This document shows positions 1 to 11,202 of a DNA stretch of 64,000 nt, one piece after another; positions within the stretch are counted from its first letter, which is position 1, and every line of letters starts with the position of its first letter. The stretch is from Eimeria praecox (lineage: Eukaryota). The notes below the pieces were generated by a model that saw only the letters and a program-made list of their open reading frames with translations, had not been told where the DNA came from and did no database searches. A program made the position numbers and the translations under genes. The stretch is taken from NCBI GenBank assembly GCA_963920595.1, contig OY986949.1, forward strand, positions 3,100,001 through 3,164,000, given 5' to 3'.

Positions 1-6
1 CCTCAC

Positions 7-1884
7 CAACATACTGCACTGAAGGCTCCTTCCAAATCATCAGCCCCTGCCCGTCTTGTAACCCATCCACCCACTGTCCTTCGTATCTGCTGCCGTCTGC
101 ATAGACCTGTTCCCCGAATCCGTGGCGACGGCCCTCTACCCATTCGCCTGCATATTCCCAGCAGCCACGCGTCGGCAGTGTACGCTTCATGAGTAATGGC
201 CTTTATGCACCGAACTCAAAAGCCGCCAGATGCTTTGCTGTGCACTTGCTGCCTGCTGTTGGGGAAGCGAACTTTCGGCGCTGGTCATTCTAAAACGGAC
301 ATCGTGAGACAGATTTTTTTTTGTGTAGTTTGCAAAGTGTACGTGGCCCTCAAAGTGGGCCATTTCCGTGTCGTATGGCACTCCTACTTCGAACCTCATC
401 TCTCGTGTCGTTCTATAAAAATGAAACCACTGCATCATTCCCTAACCAATGCACAACTAAACGACCCACGTGAGTTCATGCAAACCGTACCGCTATACTT
501 GCTGCCGTCAGCGCTGGTCAGGACACCCCAGCCACTGCGCACCCCTTCGTACCATTCTCCCTCGTAGGTAAACTTCCTGACAAGACACCCCGGTGGTCTC
601 AAGAGCAGGTTTGTGCTCTATAGGACTCAGGCCCTCATATTTAGGCATGCAGGTGCCTGTCAGGTGGAGCACCCAGCCTCCCGTAACCCATTTGCACTTT
701 AATAAACCAGTCCGAACGCTTTCCGTCTATTTGCCAGCCTTACCCATCTGCCGAAGTGAAGGTGCCGATACCGTGACGCAGCCCTCGAGTAACCTGCCGC
801 GACGATCAAAAGGACTGCAAACGAATTTCAACTGCGGCCGGAGGCAAGCAGAGAGGTGGCAAGATAGACTTGTCTCAGAGCTATCTGCATGCCGTTGTCA
901 CCACAACATTTGTGTCCTGCCCCGAATTATTCTATGATGGGGTCATTTAAAGGCGACTTTGAACACCGGATGGGGCCGGCCCTTTGCAAAAAAGCGCGGT
1001 GAATCTTATTCATCTACACGCCCTATTATGGGTAGTGCTCTTATACGAACGGCAGCAGCAATATACAATGTTGTACCTTGCAAAATGTTGATTACCTGTC
1101 CTCTGTAAGTGGCGCCGCTGGGCCACTGGATTGAGGCATCCCCGCAAAGCCGCATCCGGCTGCAAAGCAGCCCAGTATACTTCGTACCATTTTCGAAGCA
1201 TACAGTAGCTGCTCACACAACAACAGCAGCCACAATAGGGCGCTGTTAAGCACCGATTCTAAAGACGGTTGGTCTGCCTTTGTAGCATCATAACTCCAGC
1301 GCCTCCATGCAGCAGCTTTACACTAAATGAAATAGGTCATATTCTGTTCCATCGGCAGTGACTAAGATAACGGCCTATAAAACTACACAGGCTTTGGTGG
1401 GATGGGTTTTCTTGCCTGGCCCAAGGACACTAAGTGCCCCTTGTTGACTGATGGTTAGGTTCCCCGAAAACAGGACAGAACCAAGGGGAACCTCCTGTAA
1501 ACTGAATGTGCCGATGTTAGCAGGTTCCTGGTATTGGCTAGAAACCACGCTGTCCTCTTCCCCTTCTAGGTGCGACGTAGATGCTGACGAGTCCGTATTT
1601 TCACCCTTTCTACCCTCCGGCGCGCCTTCTGCTGGTTCGCTGCTTACGAGCCATGGGTCCCCTATCACGTTCAGCTCCTCAGCGAGCCTGCGGATCACTT
1701 CCGGGTCTTGGGTGCAGTATGCAGCTGCCAAGAGATCACCAGCCGCCCTTCCAACAGCTTCGAAGGATTCTTTCTGAGTCGCAGCTGTCAGGGGCTCTGG
1801 AGTTGCAGCCACCGTTTCTGGCGAAGCTAATAGATCACCAGAAGGGCAAGCACTGAGCATTGCCTCCTTAGTGTCGCCCTCCAT
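7..1884 (-). CDS. MORN-repeat protein, 5' part; gene continues beyond the left edge. Exons 1884-1416, 1208-1096, 793-744, 576-491, 147-7
   Basis: Phase-consistent splicing gives tandem MORN repeats: FENGTKYTG...WPSGATYRGQVTRGLRHGIGTFTSADGKFTYEGEWYEGVRSGWGVLTSADGSKYSGEWVEGRRHGFGEQVYADGSRYEGQWVDGLQDGQGLMIW. The N-terminus is acidic. Intron 1 is best explained by a GC donor. Confidence 0.85.
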
Positions 1885-3363
1885 TGACTCCTAATGATTT
1901 TCTAGGGAGCTGCACAGCTTTTCGAGGGATCAGACCTGTCTGGTTTGGACCGGAGGTGTTCCTCGCTGCCTCCAAATCTACACAAACTCCCTTGCAGATT
2001 TATCTTTGCTTGATCTATACATCCACCGATAAAGGCTTTCCTGCCTCATCGAGAGGGCTAAGGAGCAGACTGAAGAAGCCGAAGAACTTCTTCGTAGGTT
2101 GTTTTGTTGAACGACTCGTGTCTCGGCGGCCAGTGTGCCGCTCACGACACAGGTTGTGGAGATCAGCTTACACGGGTCATTGGATCGGGTTAGCAAGTTC
2201 GATAAGCTGTAAATTTTGCGAAAAACGAAGTATATGGATTTTCAAATGGATATTTCATTGTTTTATCCCAGTGAAAGCCTTTGCATCCGGCTGAACTGGC
2301 ATGCGGGGTCACTAGCCAAGAGATCGCGGGCAGCTTGGAAATCGGAACCGCCTGTTCACCATGCCTTCTGCTCAGATTATTTTCCACTTTATCTCGCATT
2401 AACAAAAGCGGTTAATTCTAATAAATCATAAGGGAACCACATTGGGCCTTTCGTCTCTCAAGGATCATCAGCAGAACGAGCTGAAACCAAAGGTTGGCAA
2501 ACCCCCCCCCTCCCTACAGCATCTGCCTCTACCACTCAACTGCTACGCCCCTAGACGCTTGTTTAGGAATATTAGCTGAATAAGTAACCGGCTATGTTCT
2601 GCATCTACAGTAGGCCTCCCCAAGCATCTAACTACAGGACAAATAACGGGTCCCTAACATCCACCGGCTTTCCCCTGAGCTCATATCTATTGACCCTTAC
2701 CAACACGCCCTTATAAAAAGGCGCCGCTGCGCGCTTCCCAGAGGAAACTCACTGGCACCAAAGCAGCTATATAGCTCAGCGTGACTAATACTCTGAGCTG
2801 CAATTCCGTCAGCATACGCGCACCATTCATCGCACTAGTTCGTCAATTTCGTTATGAGTACGCACTCATAAACTGTGCATGCATGCACTTAAAGCCTAAG
2901 TATATAGGAAGCGTTCTTTTGCTGCAAAAAAAGTGGTTTTCCCTCTAAAAAAGATATTGCTGTTGGCACCATGTTCACCGCTGCCGCCTGCTGAAAGAAA
3001 AGCCATTTCACCTCATCCCGCTACCCTGCGGGCCTCATGGCATAATTAGGCTGCGGTGAAAGCGGCGAATCTAATGCCCTCACTCCTCTGTCTCATTCAC
3101 GTCAAGTCCGTCCCCACTATTCCCGATTACGCAAATGCCTTGTCCTCACGGTGTTCCCCAATAAGGATACACCGTGTACAGGATGCCTACCTATGCGTAG
3201 TCTCGCCGTTAGCACTTGATCTTGCCTAGGTATTGCGAAACAACCTCTTGGTGCACGCTGGTAACTTGTAGGAGGGAGAGACCGCAGGGTCGTATCGCTG
3301 CTCGTCCACACACTGATTCACAGTCACGTTATCCAATTCGCCTCAGCTCAGCTTGAAAGATTA

Positions 3364-4319
3364 TTAATCAATGTCATCGAAAAGATCCTCCTCTTCCCCT
3401 TCCTCTCCTTCCGTCTTTCCATATGCTTCTGTAGCTGCTGCTGCTTCTGTAGCTGGTGCTGCTGCTGCCTCTGCTGGTGGCACCGACACCACCGGGGGTT
3501 CCGCCCCCATTTCTTTCTTCGCACTGGAGATATCCCCCTGTAAATCCACTGCAAGGGGCCTCCCTAGGAGCTCTTCAGCTCTGGCGTTGAGCAGTTCATA
3601 CAACTGTGCTGTCTGTGGATTGCTACTGACGTGATCAGTAGCCGATGAGTTGTATGGCTTTGGCACCTGGGTGGGGTTAACGACTTTGAATATGGCCGAA
3701 CTGTCTGTAGAAACGAATAGTTTTTCGTTGCTAACAGGCACCATGAGGGAAATAACGGGTTTCAGCAGCTTGAGGAGATGTGTCGCATTCACCACCACTA
3801 CTGCCTCGCACCGCTCAAATACCCTCGCCACCATAAGTTCTATGGAATTCCTTGCAGCCGCAGGCAATGGATCCACAACTGTCCGTAAGGAATCCCACAT
3901 CTCCAGTGTTGGAGCTCTCAATCGCTTGGACAGAGCTGCAAAGTCTAGAACTAAAGTGAACGAACTTGCCTTGGTTTCCTGCGCCGCATACCACTGCAAT
4001 TACACACTTCATCGTCATTTCTCCCCGCTACACAACAAACACGTAAGTGCCGCCACTACCAGCCATAAAATTGGAACACAAACGCAATGCACGGATGTCG
4101 TTGCACCGCTAGATTCGTGGGGAACACGCACCTCAAGGAGCAAGTTGATCATGTACGAGTCCGTCTGCAAAACAAAAAGTTTGCGGAAATCGCGCAAGCC
4201 ACTGAGCTTCGGCTTGTAGATGACCGGGGAGCCGGACCGTGATTTCCCATAGGCATATGTTGGAAACATTGCATGTTTCGCCTCGACACGAGTGAGCAGG
4301 GCCATCTCAGCCTGCCGGT
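3364..4319 (-). CDS. CRAL-TRIO/Sec14-like lipid-binding protein. Exons 4319-4132 and 3993-3364; 5' exon(s) unresolved, probably within 4.3-5.0 kb
   Basis: GT-AG intron 4131-3994 joins the exons in frame. Motifs YGKSRSGSPVIY, FTLVLDFAAL, AVVVVNA, LKPVISLM and VNPTQVPKPY match the Sec14/CRAL-TRIO pattern (G-D--GRPV, I-D--G, IVN-P, LP-EYG). The tail is Ala-rich then acidic. Confidence 0.65.
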
Positions 4320-5644
4320 CTGCACAGCAAAACGGGCAGCGAATGAAACAGAATCATGAAGATCCGTTATTCCAGACCTGAAACAGATGAAGCCACCTAT
4401 TCAACTTCCTACAGCAGTACAGCCAGAATATCCGTGCAGCGCGCCGCACAGGTGCTGCTGCCCATGGAGGGTCAAATAAGGCGAATTTCCCCATTCCGCA
4501 TCGAACCAAATACAGAAACAATATGCTCAGTTCGTTCTGTGCAGCTGAAAAGCCGGCATCGCACTGCCGTCACCCCAATCGACTGCCTACAGCCGGCCGC
4601 ACAAACCAAGACCTGTGAGGCTCCTGGTTCGCCACTCGGTGAAGCCGGCGGAAAGGACATTTTAAGAAGCGCTTTTTTGTCATTTCTCTCACCTAAGGGG
4701 GCAGAGGGGGACGAGGCGGCTGCATAGGAGACAATATGCAGGAAGACAAGGATCCAACAGCCTCCGGAGACATAGGCAGGAACGGAGCGTCCTTTGCGGC
4801 TCTTCATTTCAGACTGCAGAGGAGCTCGGTAAACAAACAACACCAAAAAATGAAAGATGTCGAAAACCAAGCATACGAACTACCTCCCTTTGGCCGTACC
4901 GCCTTCGGGGTCGTCCGGATCGCCCACCCACAACAACGCCCATAACAGGGTACAGAGGCGCAGGCTACCGTTTAATTTCTCCTTCTCAAAAATATCTCAA
5001 GAAGGAAAATAGGGCCTTAATATTTGCTTCTCAATCGTATTTTTTAGAAGCCTTTGAACGCAGGTTTCCACAGAGACGCATGCCCATCACGGCGACCTAT
5101 TATCAGTACCTCGGCCATCAGCCCTTGCAAACCAGCAGTGTGCTTGGCACACTGCTGATGCGGCTGGCCACACATTCTTTTTTTACGTTGAATTTCCTCT
5201 TTTATCACGGAACCTCTTCAAAAGGTTCTTCTGAGGGGTGTGCTGCTCCTCTCTGATTGCCTATTCTCAGGGGCGTTGCCGCTCCTACTGAGGAGCTCTT
5301 TCGCCCATTTTGCTCATGATCTTGTTGCGATCTCTTCCACGAACTTCTCGCCTTCGCAACTTGGGATACCTTCTGTCGGCTTCTGCTGCAACACTGGCTC
5401 TTCCCAGGCCTCCACGCTGTGGTTTGTGGCCTCAGACACCTCCCGGGGGACCCCAAGTGCATGTGCGAGCACCACGCAGCAGCTCAAGCAGCAACCGCTA
5501 CAACAACAGCAGCACCGGGAACGGAACACTGATCTCAAGTCATTAGCATCCTCCTGCCTTTTTGCTCGTGTGAATGTGCAGGGTTTCTTCCCGCCGCCTA
5601 ACACATTCTTGCCTGCTGCTTTTCTTTCCTCTCATACTAGTGCG

Positions 5645-7843
5645 ATGGTGAGTTGCGGCTGAGCGATGTTTGCTGAGGAGCGCTGTGTGGTATGTGCCTG
5701 GGACAGAAGCAGATGCCTCTCTCTTCTGTCCGCCCAATTAGAGAGTTTGTTCCTTCTTCAGATGCTGAAAAATATGCGCATCCATGCGTATGTGTGATCC
5801 CAACTGTTGTTTCAGCTCTGCCGGATCTTCCCTCATAGCGATTATTATTGGTGATGCGTGTAATGCAGGCTTGCGCTGAGGTGATCCCAGTTCCAACGTT
5901 GTCCGACAACTATGCCTATCTGCTCATCGATAAGTACATCTTCACAGACTGCGGCTGAGCAACAGCAGCAACAAAAGGTGGAGACAAGCAGTACAGCCTC
6001 AATTTATGTGCCAAGTGTATGCTTAGCGGTGGGAGTTGGCACCGAATACATACCTGGTTCCTTGTTAATGGTCTTAAACTAAGCACGTTGATTGTATATC
6101 GCAAATCATATGCTTTGCGGAGCTGCGCTGATGCTGTAGGAAGACGAAGACGGCGGCTTGTGTAGACCCAGCAGAGCCGGAGAAGGTAAGGGCACTCATT
6201 TCGTTTGGCTTGCATTGAAGATTAGGTTCGCTGTTGCTGGCATCAGCTGCATTAGCAATATTTAATGTACATAGTATATTTACAATTTTAGATTAGCATG
6301 TAATCATGGGTGGTTGCAGCAGTCGGGTAGTTCACGTTTCGAGGCAGATACAGCGCTGCGCGACTCGGCTGCTGGGCTTCAGCTGCCGTTCATCCTTGTA
6401 ATTTAGGTTTAATGGTTTCACATATCTCTGAGATTCCTGCACAGGTTGTTGCTGCGGCGAAGGAGCATGGGGTGACTTTGCAGACGTGTTTATGTACCCA
6501 TAGACACTATGATCATTCAGGTTCGCCTTTTTTTGCCTCGCTGAGCTCCTGAAAACTTTACCGTTCGCAGTGTAATTAGACTCAGGCCACTGTTGCATGA
6601 CGGAGCGGCACTTCAACATGCCAGCTCACCTATTAGCACTGTTTTCAGACTGTTTTCAGAGAGTGTAATGAGATGATAAGCGTTTTCCCTGGTGTAGGGC
6701 TTTAGGGTCATGATTTCAGCCCCAAGGTTTGATATTAAGAACATGCATGTGTGTAGTTCAGTGATGGATTATTTATTCAACATCATCTGCATTGTGAACA
6801 GGCGGCAATGAACAAATAAAGAGGTTGGTCCCCGGAATTGAAGTAGTCGGCTCGTCGTATGAGGAAACCCCTGGGCGGACGAAGGCTGTGGCTGACGGCG
6901 AGACATTCAGACTAGGCAAGTTTGGCTTCATTTCGTGTTGAGGACAACCAGACCTCGAGTAGACAGATGGATTTAGGGTTTTTAGTTTAGGCTTTCTGTT
7001 GAATACGGCGTGCCTGAAACATGCACTAGTGCTGTTATAGGCTTGTTGCTTATGAATCATTTGCATGCAGGTGATCTGCTGGTTAAAGTGCTGCATGCGC
7101 CCTGCCACACCTCTGGCCATGTGCTGTACTACGTGGAAAGCCGCTCAGATATGAATGCGAGGCCCATTATCTTCACAGGTTAGCCCACCCCCCAGTCTTC
7201 TTGATTCTTGTTTGTTGCAGCGCTTTATGGCTGCGTTTCTGGTTTCTCCTTTCTGCTGTTGGAGTTTGTCATGCTTGCTTCGTTCTGCCTTTCGCAGTTT
7301 CTGTACCGGAACACAGCGCTCTGCTCTTTGCTGCTGCTCACAGGCGTTCATACACAGCAGTGCGTTTGCTTTTGTTTATTTTTATCAATGGGTTGAGCTG
7401 TAATGGTCGCTGGATTATGTGCAGGAGACACGCTCTTCCTGGCAGGCTGCGGGCGTTTCTTCGAGGGCGATGCGCAGCAGATGCATCGGGCCCTAATGAA
7501 GACCATTGGTTCACTGCCTGCTGAAACACTGGTCTACTGCGGGCATGAATACACTGTGGCCAACCTCAAGTATGCACAAAACGATGAGAGGCGGGTTACC
7601 CTTATTGGGGGCTCCACAGCTGTTATCACCAGTTCAGTTTTCTGTTAGGTTGTTCTATCCATCACTTTTATTTATATGGTTGATGCTAGTCTTTCGTTCT
7701 GCATGCATGCATTGCGCTGCAGGTTCGCTGCCAGCGTTGAACCGAACAACATCGCACTGCAAAACAAATTGGAATGGGCGCAAAAACAACGAAACGCTGG
7801 GAAACCAACAATTCCATCCTCTATTGGCGAGGTATAGTAAAGG

Positions 7844-7910
<67 letters not shown>

Positions 7911-8197
7911 TGTGTGTGTGTGTGTGTGTAATTCTGCTGTTGCCCAAATGACTTTGCATGCATTCCCCTGAAAATGCTGTTCATATACTAGTTGAAAGCT
8001 AAGAACTGTGCGAAAGTTTTGCATTAGCGTCACCTTTGCGTATACGTTGCTGTTTCTACACTGCACAGGAGAAGGCATACAACCCGTTTATGAGAGTGGA
8101 CAAGCCAGAAGTGCAGAGAGCTGTGGGTGCGCCAGAAGGAGACGAGGTGCAGACGATGCATATTCTTCGTGAGCGGAAGAACGTCTTCAGAGGCTAA
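5645..8197 (+). CDS. HAGH: Hydroxyacylglutathione hydrolase (glyoxalase II). Exons 5645-5647, 5869-5933, 6140-6185, 6445-6520, 6802-6915, 7071-7178, 7425-7569, 7723-7831, 8069-8197
   Basis: The spliced product contains [15 protein letters not shown], the metal motif [59 protein letters not shown] and LRERKN, all hallmarks of GloII. An in-frame ATG at 5863 is an alternative start. Confidence 0.95.
7845..7928. repeat. (TA)n followed by (GT)n compound microsatellite in a glyoxalase II intron
   Basis: Directly visible dinucleotide runs. Confidence 0.95.
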
Positions 8198-9000
8198 TGA
8201 TCAGTGTATTAAGATATGTAGGGTTACATCCCCTTCCAGGTGTATGAACAGCGCCTGTGGGGTCGCCGCCCAATGGCCGCTACTTTATCCCCATAATCTC
8301 AACTGCAAGGTGCACATTTTGCTCCATCGCAAGCTGCTTATCTGCTTGTTACATATACCGCCTACTGGCTGGCTGTCTATCTATACTAACTAGCTAGCTA
8401 GCTGTACCAACGGCCCAACGCGGCTGTACTAATCAGCAAGTAGCCGCATCAGCTAGCTATGTAGTTCGACAGAATGCATTCCGCTTGGTCTGAGCTGGAA
8501 ATGTGTGCATGGAGATCTTCCTACACCATGTACTGCTACTACACCATGTTGCGTATTTTTACACTCGTAAATATTGAGCATAGACGTGAAGTTGCAGTTT
8601 GTACTCCCACTCTCCATTCTCCTTGCCGCATAGCCGCGGCTTTCCAGAGAATGGAAGCAGAAGGGGATCAGTGTCTAAGAAGAAAGGTTGTATAATAATG
8701 CTTTGACCTGCCGCTTCCTCTTGCTGAATAGAGGCATGAAGAAGAGCATAAGCTCAACATCGACGGGAATATGAGCCACTCGTCACCACCGCATGGCTTG
8801 TGGGGACGCACACTGTACGTACACCGCAAGTTACCATTTTGCTCAGCAGCAGCCAAAATACAGGGGAGTTTCAGAACTCATTGCGTCGGAGCTGCCTTCA
8901 ACTATAGAGAACATGCAGGGGGGCAGCTACGGTCCGCATGCATGCATGCATTTCCTTCAGCAACAAAAAACAAATGAGCAGTACACCGTCGGAGGCATAG

Positions 9001-9746
9001 TTATGATGCTGGCTGGACTGGAACTCCCTGTTGTTGTGGCGGGGAAGCCGGTTGAGGAGGAGCCCCAGCGCGCTGGAGAGGCGGCTGCATGAACTGCAGT
9101 GTAGTTGCCATGGTGATCATCATACCCATAGAAATGTATTGTTGTACATTCACCTCGCCGTAGCGGCAGCCCAGAAACGAGCTGCAAGCTATGAAGAGAG
9201 CAATATAATACATATGGTACATCTTAAACAATGTGCCCACCAGCACTGCAGGCACACATAAGTACAATAGCAACTCCGGGTCCGCCTCGCCCTTCGGCTG
9301 ATGCACGAAGCGCACTATGCGAGAGCTGTCATGATATTCTGCAAAGCAAATCACACCGCAGCAGCAGCAGCACACAGCATCAGCCTCTCTCCCACCTATC
9401 ACCTCGACGTAGCAAACAATGGATGGACAAGTATATTCAAAACGGCAGAGTCTCAACCTCCTCTCTGGGGGAGGCGAACAATCAGACCACCGAAGCATTC
9501 ATGTGAGGTATTCAACAACTGTTGAATAGGGTGCATGCACAACAGAAAAAACTGGCAACAAGCACAGAATGGCGCAGCAAATGGAAACCAACAACAAATG
9601 CCGCAAGAGATGACCAGCAATACAAAGCAAAGTTATCAATTGAAAATAACCGAAAAACCAATTATTCAAACTGCTGGTGCGAAACACAACTAAAACGACT
9701 GCATTTTTATTTGCTTACCTGACGTTCGTTCTGTCGGCTGCTTCAT
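9001..9746 (-). CDS. WDR83OS: Asterix/PAT10 (UPF0139)-like small membrane protein, 121 aa. Exons 9746-9719 and 9338-9001
   Basis: ATG exon with a GTAAGC donor splices in phase to give MKQPTERTSEYHDSSRIVRFVHQPKGEADPELLLYLCVPAVLVGTLFKMYHMYYIALFIACSSFLGCRYGEVNVQQYISMGMMITMATTLQFMQPP. Its size, three hydrophobic segments and layout resemble Asterix. Confidence 0.7.
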
Positions 9747-11202
9747 CTTCCAGCCACAGGATAAAATACTTCGGAAGCCCTTGGTATATGAATTGCAAGA
9801 ATGAATGATAGAATGATATAAACTGCAACAAATATATCAAAGTAAACAACAAAGGAGAGCAGATCTCCCCTTCGTGTTGTTCAAAAATGGGCGCTGCTAA
9901 TCCCTGCCGACGTGTCCTTAGTAGAGCAGCTGCGAAGACAAACCGAAAGAGATTTATAGGGGAAATAAATGACGTAAATTACAACAATAAAAGAGAAATA
10001 TTCATTTTGAGCTTCTATTGTAGCTCGCAGCCAACAATCCGACGGCATGCACGGAACCACTGAACGTGAATACTGCACACTGTCAGCCCTAAACTTCCAT
10101 TTAGCCAAAGTTGCTATTTCCCATGGATAGTTTATCCAAATGTTCGCATTCATAGAATATTCGAAGCTCTCAAGAGCACAGCAATTATCTAAACGGCTCT
10201 GACTGTACAGCAGCCCCTGCAGACACGAATATGATTCGTAGTTGATGCCATTGGGTTGTTAGTCATTTCCCCTCCAATTACATCTATTATGGAAACTTTA
10301 AACGCAATACAGCTTAATTTTTATACTGATTTCATAGATATACATTCATTTTTAATCCATCAGCTCGGCGCAAATAACTGCCCTCAAGGCAAGCAGCAGA
10401 ACTGTAGCATGGTATGTCGGAAGTTGATGCATGCATTTCTGCTTGCGTGCAGTGCAGCTACAGAAGTCCATGTATGTTCTTAACAATGGTCCACAGTGCC
10501 AGTGCATGCAGCAGAACGGGGCTGGCCACAGTTAAATGCCCTGCTGCCTTGCGGCAGGAGTTGCAGCAGAAAAATGTTGCAAATCTTAACAGCAGGCCCA
10601 GACCCTCATGCCGCTGTGCCCCCAATACAGGGGAACAAGAGGTCTGTTTAGCTGCGGTTGAAGGAGGTAGGAGAAACAATCGCTCCCTACTTGGTGAGTA
10701 GTGCCTCAACTAGCCCAGAACTACAGGGGAAAAGCGCAGGCAACAAACTAAACGAGATAGTCCGCAAATTGGGCTGAAGATAGGCATGAACTGCAGCAAA
10801 GCCAAAAAAATTGAAATGGTTGTTTGCTGCTGTCCCCAAGCCTCCTCGTCTTAAAAACACAAATGTCTGGGCTAGATAAGGCTGAGAGAAGGCAGATAAA
10901 ACAATGATATCAGCTGTAATATCTTACCAGGCAGCCCAGCGGGCAGGCAACAGACCCAAGTTCCGTCTTGCTAGGTGGACTAACGCTTTAACGATATTTC
11001 TTTACTAGAATTGAAATAAGAGAAATGAGACAAACTCTATGAGTCCGTTTGTGAGGAAAAGTAGATGTAAAAAACACCAAGAAGTGGAGGAAAACAGCTT
11101 AGGTTTCCCCCCTCTGATGTTTTGATGTTTGTGGCATCCCAAAGGTAGAAGAGGACGCCGAAAAACACAAAATCTGTTCTCTTATTACGAAACACTAAAC
11201 TC

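Noticed and set aside
7655..8078. YIYIYI/THTH ORFs
   Set aside because: Translations of TA/GT microsatellites in an intron. The same applies at 31.6-32 kb, 40.2 kb and 62.8 kb.
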